From contig JAZRBL010000115.1 of the NCBI GenBank assembly GCA_045635045.1, positions 1 to 63,007 of the forward strand: 63,007 nucleotides of DNA. Direction: 5' to 3'. Positions 52,849 through 61,800 of the stretch are shown here, in pieces. Numbering within the stretch: the first letter of the stretch is position 1; every line of letters starts with the position of its first letter. A model generated the notes under the pieces. That model saw nothing but the letters and a program-made list of their open reading frames with translations, was not told the origin of the DNA and ran no database searches. The DNA comes from Candidatus Enterocola sp. (lineage in GTDB: Bacteria; Bacteroidota; Bacteroidia; Bacteroidales; Paludibacteraceae). A program made the position numbers and the translations under genes.

Positions 52849-55800
52849 ATGAAAAAATCAATTGTTCGAAAAATCGCCCTTTCGGCGTCTCTTTTTTGGG
52901 CGGCTCTTACTGCGCAAGCCGCTTATACGGTAGCTGTTTACGAAACTGCAAATCCTACCAACGTTAGGCATTTTGAGTTTGTATCTGCTGGTACCAATGT
53001 TACCAATCAATTAATAGCCAATATCGAGGCTCCGGCTGCGTTGGATGCTTGCTCTTTTTGGGTAGGCCAAGACAATGCGCAAGTGCCTGGTGTGTCGGTT
53101 GAGCAAACCCTTAGCTCGTTGATGAATGGGGTTTCTTGTTCGGGCACCTCGTTTAGCTTTACCATCTACGCAGGGGGTGCAGATGCTAACTACAAGCCAG
53201 AGAACTTTAAGTGTATCGACACTGCCGAGTATACCTACGGTATGGCTTGCTGGCCAGAACAACTAACGCTTCATTGCTCGGGTGGTGCGGCTTCGGCGGC
53301 TAATCATATCTTTACCAAAAATGGCAGTGTATGGACGTATCATTTTGAGGTAAACGATCCCAATTCTACTTTCAAATTGCTAAAGAGTCCCGATGGCGCT
53401 ACTTGGAATTGGGATGAAGGACAATTAGGACACTCGCAATCGGGTACCCAACTTCAAGCAGGATCGGGTATTACGGTAGAGAACAATGGACAAGGAAATA
53501 TTGCTTTGCAGCTTGCCGGTGTGCAAGCGGGCGATCAGGTAACACTTACCTTGCAAAAAAATGGCGCGGTGTATACCTTATCGGCCGAATACATGGCTAA
53601 ACCCATTTTGGAAAATACCAGCCAAGTATGCGGCGTAAACCCTGTGGTATCTTGTAAGGTTAAAAACTACAATTCTGCCGTTTATACCTATACATACATT
53701 GTTAATGGAGGAACCGAAACACCGCTTGCCTCTGATGTTGTAGAGGTGCTTTATCCTACTCGTTTTACCGAATATAGCCTAGTAGTAGTGGCCTACAAAG
53801 ATGGCTCGCGTGTTACCTCTGATGTGTTAGAAGTATTGGTACCTGCTAGGGTATCAGAACCGGTGTTGGTGGCCAATACAGCGGCTTGTGGTGCCGAAAT
53901 TGGTTTTACCATTGCCAATTACAGTGCTTATGCTACGGGTGTAACGTTCCAAGTTCCTACGGGATATGTGCAAAATGGGTCCAAAATTTCGTTGGCAGGT
54001 GCTCCTGTAAACGGAACGACCTATACGCTGTCTGTTACAGCCGATGATGGTTGTACTACGGCAACAAGTGCTCCAGAGAGTCAGACTTACATGGCTGACC
54101 CTGCTCAACCTACCCTTCTCGCTAATTCGGTTTGTAATCAGTTGACATTTACAGTAGATCAGCCCGAGGCTACTTATCGCTATCAATGGATGATAGATAA
54201 TGCACCGGTGACGCCTACAGGCAACTTGTATGCGGTTACCGGTAGTACACACGGTATGTTGCATACGGCTAAAGTATCGGCCTTTGCACCCAATGGATGT
54301 TCTGCAACTGGAACCCAAACGGGTACCTTTTATGCCACCCCCGATAAGCCTCAAATCACTACCAACGAGGGTTGTGGCAACGATGTGGTGTTCAAGCTTA
54401 CCAACTACGATGCTACGGCAAAGTATAAATGGACCATTTCTACATCAACGGGTGTTACCCAAACGGTAGAACCTCAAAATGGTACCGATGAGTACAAAGT
54501 GGCTTCGCCTATAGAAGGCACTGTTTATACCATGCAAGTAACAGCATGGCGCGAAATGGCAGGTGGTGCCACTTGCTCGGTAATGTCGGATGCTGTGTCG
54601 CAACTATGTAAATTACAACCTGCTCCTCCTGTAGTAGCAACGCCCATTTATCAAGTATGTCAACAAGAAGGCACTCAATTGTGGGCCGACTTGGTGCGCG
54701 TATCAACCGGTAATACCTTGGTGTGGTACGATATGGCTGGTAATCGAATGCTGGTATCGTCGGATGTGTTCTCTTTTGACATGAACATTCCTACCAATGG
54801 CACTCCTATTCAATACCAAGTAGCACAACTGTCGGCCTACGGATGCGAAAGTGAAAAAGTGACAGTAGGGGTAAATGTGGTAGAAAAACCCCTGGCGATG
54901 GCAGGTGTAGATTTGGAAATTTGTTCGGCGTCAACAGGTGTTCGCTTGGCCGAAGGCGAGGTGGAAAATGCCAATATGGATTATGCATGGTCGCCTGCTA
55001 GTTATTTAGAAAATAGCCATGTGGCATCGCCCACATTGACACATCTCAATGTTAATACAGATGATGTAATTGAATTTACCCTTACGGTATCGAACAAGAA
55101 CATGCCTTCTTGTAGAAGTACAGACCAAGTAAAGGTAAAAGTGTTGGCCTTGCCGCAAGTAACCGTTCAAGAAACTACTACGGGTATTATTGATGTGTGC
55201 GAAGGCAGTGCAATAGGGGTTACCATTGTTCCCGAAGCCGGTATTACTTACAACTGGATAGACCCCAATGGTGTGTTGGCTAGCAAAATGAGTACATCTG
55301 CTATTACGCATCCTATTGTGGCCGATCAAACCATTTCGATAACAGCAACTCGTCGTACAGAAAACACAGAATGTGTTAGCCAACCCAAAACCATTGAGTT
55401 CAAAAAAGTAGATTTGCCTGTATTCAGTGCCAGTGGTGGCAAGGGTGATAGATTGTCTGTTTGCGATGGCAAAACCATTCAATTGGGCGAGCAAGGCAAT
55501 AATCAAACCGACTATCGTTGGGAAAGTCTTCCTGCAGGCAGATTGGATAGCCGTATTCCTAATCCTTACATTACGGTTACCGAAGATGTTACCTATATTG
55601 TAACCGCAACCCTTAAGCAAGCTCCTAATTGTTCTACCAGAAGTGAGGTGTATGTAGAGCGTGCGGCTTTGCCCACCCAATACACCTTGTCAGCAGAGGG
55701 TACCAATCTTTACTGCGAAGGGGGCACCGGGGTAACCTTGATGTTGAGCAGCTCGGATACATACGTAGAGTATGCCTTGTATCGTGGTGGAGTAGAAGTG

Positions 55801-58800
55801 CAAACTTGGCAAGCGGGTACTGGCGGTATTTTCCGTTGGACCAATGTGACATCGGGTATATATACCGTTAAAGCCCGTGTTATTAGCGCCAATCCCGATG
55901 AGCAATGTGCGCAAGACATGCTAGGTCAGGTGGAAGTGATAGAAAAACCAGCTCCCAATGTAACCGTTAGCAGTGTGGGCGACGTAACTTGTCCTGGTGA
56001 CGAAACCGTGGTAAAATTGTCCTTTACCGGCGAACCTCGTTTCTATGCTAATATTTTGATTGACGGGGTGTTGCAAATTATTCAAACCGACGATAGAGAG
56101 TACGTATTCCCTTATACACCTCGTAATTATACCGATATCAAGGTGATTCAAGTAACCGATAAAAACTGCGATTTTGTGTATGCAGAAGAGAACCAGCCCA
56201 CCTTATCGTTCGATATCGTCAATATGGAGGACTTTAAAATTCATTCGTCCGATTCACACGCCAAAATATGTCCCGGAAACTCTGTAACCTTGTCTATCAA
56301 CCACGTTCCCTCTCCTGGTGATGATGTTGAGGTAAAATGGTCTACCAATGCTAGCGAGGTTTCGTCTATCCAAGTAGCACCCTCTGAAACAACCACTTAT
56401 AAATTAGAGGTGCATACCAACAATGGGCGATGTGTCTTTACCGATAGCATTACCATTGCTGTGGCAGAGATAAACGATTTGTCGATAAATGGATTGGAAG
56501 ATAAATTCTTCTGCTCTACCGAAACTGCTATCCCCATTACTGGTTCTCCTCAAGGGGGTGGATTCTCTTCCGATTATCCAGGCTTTGTAGACGGAGGATT
56601 CCTTTATCCCAATGTAGTAACTCAACAAGGTAGTACCGAAATTACCCTAACCTACGAGGTAAATAACGACGGTTGCGAACAAACCATTGAAGAGAAAGTG
56701 ATTGTAGACTATGTGCCGAACAATGTTAATTGGTGGGTAACTCCTGTGGCACAAGAGCCCGACGTAAATACGTCGTATCGCTATTGTATGCCCGATCCGG
56801 ACCAACCCGTTAAAAAACTAACCTTGCAAGGCTTCCCCATTCACCCCAATGGTTACTTTACCATTTTGAGTGCCGATAATACAGGTCAGCCCGATCCCGG
56901 TCCATACCAAGTAGCTGTTGTACCAAACGATGTAGAACGTTCTTTGTGGGATATTATTAATTTATCGAGTGGTGAGTATAAAATTATTTATACCGTTCCC
57001 GTAAATACCCAAATGGGTTGCGCGGCATCGTCCGATCCTAAAACCATTACTATCGACCCTGATTTTAGCGAAATTATTGATAACGAAAACATTTACTTGC
57101 GTAACAGCAAAGGACAAGTAACCAATGTGTTGTGCGAAAGCGATACAGAAGCTACCTTGTATGCCGATATTCAGGCTCCTGGTAAATATACGTTGAGTAT
57201 GCCTGGTATGTTGGTATCGCAAGACCAAACCAAAAGTATTGCTACTATCAATCCTTCGGTAGTACAAGGACACAACGGTAACCACCGTGCCGTATTGACC
57301 ATGGAAGACAACCACGGCTGTCCACACAAGTATTCGTTAGACTTTAAAATTACCAGTCCCGTTAACATTCACTCGTTTGGCTTGAGTAAACGTGACTTCT
57401 GTTCGTACGACGAAGATGAACCCATCCAGATTACCTCCGAAAGAGAAACCGATGGTACCATTAGTGTTTATCGTAAAAAGGCAGACGGAACCGAAGAGTT
57501 AGTGGACGCAATGGTGCCTAAAACAGCTCCTCCTTACTTCAGTCCTAAGTCGTGGGGTGCAGGCGAATACCGCATTGAGTATACCTATACTGATATTGAT
57601 GGTGTGTGCGAAGCTACTGAGTCGACCACTGTATTTGTGCACGAGCCTCCTACCATTAATCTAAACCTATTAGAAGATTATTGTAAAGGTGAACAAATAG
57701 AACTTAAAGCAACCCCCGATGGTGGTTATTACGAAACCTCTGCTCCCGATGGAACCATCTTGTTTAGTCATTTTGATACCGATAAAGTTGCCGTTGGTTT
57801 GTACACCATATCGTATACTGTAAGAAACGATAAGGGTTGTGAAAGTAAGGATTCTATTGAAGTGGAAATTCACGGCACCGAAAATATGAACATTTTTGGC
57901 TTTAACGACAGCCGCAAATATTGTTCTCCTTCGGGTAGCATAACCATCAGTGGTTTCCCCACCGAGAATGGCGAAGGTTCGTTTACGGGTCCTGCCTTCT
58001 TAACCAACAGCACTACCCAAGAAGGGTATGCTACGTTAGACTTGACCCAAGCCGACTTTAATACATCGTACGATGTAACCTATCATTACGTAGAAACCTA
58101 CACCGACCAATTTGGTGTGGACCAAACCTGTGAATCGACCACTTCGGAACGCTTTACGGTAATTAACGAAGCCATCGATTTTCATGGTATCGACGAAAAT
58201 ATGACCGTTTGTGGTTACGAAACCGTATGGCCATTGCGTGCCAATAAGACCGAAAACGTGCGTTTTGAAATGATCCCTGCATCGGCATCGGATGCCTTGA
58301 GAGACAACGGCGATGGAACCGCCGAATTGTATCCTAACTTGTTGCCCGAAGATGCTATTTATGCAGTTACTGCCTACTATAGCTACATTGAAAACGGTGT
58401 AGAGATTTGTTCGAGCACAAGAACCAAATCCTTTACCATTGCTAACATTGCGCAAGTGGCCGATGTTACCTTGTTCTGCGACGGTGGCGAAAATGCGGTT
58501 CGACTCAAGAATGTAGAATCGACCGTAGAATACGAACTTACCGTAAACGGTGTGCCTTTTGCTCGTCTATCGGGTGCCGACCAAACCCCAGAGGGTAACC
58601 TAGACTTCCCTGCCATTGCGTTGAGCCAAGCACACATTCAAGTGGCAGGTTACGAAGCCGGTTGTAAGGTGGCCATGTCGAAAGAATTAACCATTGCACG
58701 CTTAAAAATTGATTCGTTAGTAGTAAAAGACATTACCTGTGCCGGCGAATTAGACGGAAAGGCGCAAGCGTACATCAGTGGTGGTAGCTTACCTTATAAT

Positions 58801-61800
58801 CATAGCTTTACCGATGCCAATGGCAATAGCTTTACTGATTCGTTTATCCAAGGACGACCAGCAGGAGCATTTACTTATTCGGTGAAAGACGATATTGGTT
58901 GTGAACGTACTGCAACCTTTAGCATTACTACACCTACTGCATTGGATGCCAATATTTACTTTACCAATCCAAAATGTGATGGCGGTATTACTGGCTCGGT
59001 ACGTGTAGAGCCTGTTAGTGGATCGGGTAGTGCTCCTTATACCTACAAGTGGTACGATATGCGCGATTTAAGTACCGTAATAGCCGAAACGGCCGCCATA
59101 GAAGAACTAACTAGCGGACAGTATCGTTGCATTATTACCGATAAAAATGGCTGTAGCATTTCGCGCGAAGCAAGTATCAAAGCTCCAGCGCCTTTGAATA
59201 TAACGTTGGTAGAAAAACAAGACGTTGCTATTACCGGAGAAGCAACTGGCTTTATTGAGGTAAAAACTCATGGTGGTAATCCTGATTATACTTACACATG
59301 GGTAGGTAATAGCTATCCTGCTGGTTATACTACCACCGAGGCTCGTTTAGAAAACCTATTGGCAGGTATGTATCATATCAATGTAACCGATGAACGTGGT
59401 TGTACAGATTTGATTACCGTAGAGTTAACACAACCTACCTTAATTGTATTGGATGCCAAGGTTACACCAGTAAGTTGTTCTGGTAAAAATGACGGTGCTA
59501 TCCAAATGACCGTATCGGGTGGCGAATGGCCATACCAATTGATAGAGTGGAGTTGGGTAGACGAAAACGGCGTACCACAAACCTCTACCAACCAAAGCTT
59601 GACCGGTTTGAAAGCTGGTTTCTATACCTTCAAAGTAAAAGATGCCAAAGGCAATTCTGCCGAAATGATCTATCAAGTAGAAGAACCTTTACTATTAGAA
59701 GTAATAGAAGATGCTTCTACTGTATTAGCTGTACCTTGCTATGGTGCCGAAACGGCTAAAATGCGTGTTGTAGTAGGTGGCGGTACAGCACCCTATGCAA
59801 TTACCTGGCCCAATGTTCCTGCCGATAACGTATCGGACGATGAAAAAGAAGCCTTCAACTTGGGCAAAGGTAGCTATACCGTTTATATTAAAGATGCCAA
59901 TGGTTGCGAAACCCAACTTACCCGCGAGGTGACCCAACCCGATGCCCCAATGGCGTGGGTGAAAGCCGAAGTGGTGGCCGAAAATGCATGCGCCGGCGAT
60001 AACAACGGCAAAATAGAAGTGGAAGTAACAGGTGGTACCCCAGATTATAGCTATGAATGGTCGGGCGTGGGTATTGTCAACGCAAACGACCAAAACCAAG
60101 AGCAACTTGTTTCTGGCAATTATCATTTGGTGGTAACCGATGCAACTGGCGAATGTACGCTAGAAAAAGACTTTGTTGTTCAAAAAAGAGAAACCTTGCA
60201 AGTAGAGGCATTGGGAACCCATGTTACCTGCCACGGTGCAAACAACGCTACCCTTACCGCTAAGGTGTTGGGCGGTGTGCCAGAATACCAATGCAAGTGG
60301 ACCGATGCCGACGGAAATGTTTACACCGGTGCAATGCTTAGTGGCAAATCGGCAAGTACTTATAATTTAGAGGTAACCGATGCGGCTGGTTGCGTGGGCA
60401 ATAGCTCTATTACCATTACCGAACCAACCGCCTTGCAAATAACCACTACTGTAAAAGATATTACCTGTCACGATGCCAACAATGGTGAGGTGTCTGTTAC
60501 AGCAACAGGTGGAACTGCCGATTATACCTACAAATGGGAAAAATTAGGCAGTACCCAAGAGTATCCAAGTGTAACCTTGTTGACTCATTTGGATGCAGGC
60601 GATTATCGTGTTACCGTAACCGATGCCAATAATTGTTCCATTCAATTGGAAACCCCATTGATTATTACCAATCCCGAAGCCCTTACCCTTACCTACGAAG
60701 TGCAAAGAGTAGCAATAAAAGGAGATGCTACGGGTGCGATTAAGTTGAACGTACAAGGCGGAACAGGAGTCTACACCTACTATTGGTCATCAGGTCCTAG
60801 CATTACCGATGCCAACAATGATTTGTCAGAAATAACCCAACTGTTGGCAGGTAATTATACCGTTATGGTGAAAGACGAAAAAGGCTGTGAAGTATCGGCT
60901 GTAATCAATGTGCCACAAAACGAAGATATTGTTATCACCGCTCAGGTAACTCCTATTAGCTGCCATGGTCAAAGTACCGGTCGTATTGAGATTACTGGCA
61001 TTGAAGGTGGTGATGGTAACTACACTTACGAATGGACATCGCTACATACAGCCTTTACATCGACCGATAAAAACCTAGCTGGTTTGGCACCCGATGAATA
61101 CTACTTAACAGTAACCGACGGTGCAGGTGCAACTGCTACGGCTAATTATGAGTTGGTTGACCCACAAGAGATAGTGATTTCTACCATCGATATTTACTCG
61201 CAATTAGCAGTAAGTTGCTATGGAAAGAAAGATGCCTCTATTCGCATTGACGTTGAGGGAGGAGCCACACCATACCAAATTACCTGGAGCAATCCTAATA
61301 TGGTAGCACAACCTACCGACCCTATGTTGGCAGAAGGTTTAAAAGAGGGTGACTACCAAATTACCGTTGTAGATGCGTTGGGTTGCGAAAAAACACATCA
61401 ACAACATATCTCAGGGCCTACCGCACCGCTTGCCATTGTTCCTACCATTACCAATAACAAGTGTTATGGCGAAACCATGGGGGCTATCGATATAGCGGTA
61501 TCGGGTGGAACACCAGGATACACCTTTGCTTGGTCGGGCGGTTTGGGATTGGTACCCGATGCCGAAGACCAAACAACCTTGCACAGTGGCGAAACCTACC
61601 GTGTAGAAGTTACCGATGCCAACGGATGCAAAGAACAGGGCGTATATACCTTAGATGCACTTACCCCAGTACAATTTGACGTATTTAAAGAAGACGTTAG
61701 CTGTTATGGCGAAAAAACAGGTAAGGTATGGGCCACCGAACCAATGGGTGGAACCGGCAATTTTGTGTATCGTTGGAAAAACGAGGACGGAAGCATCAAC

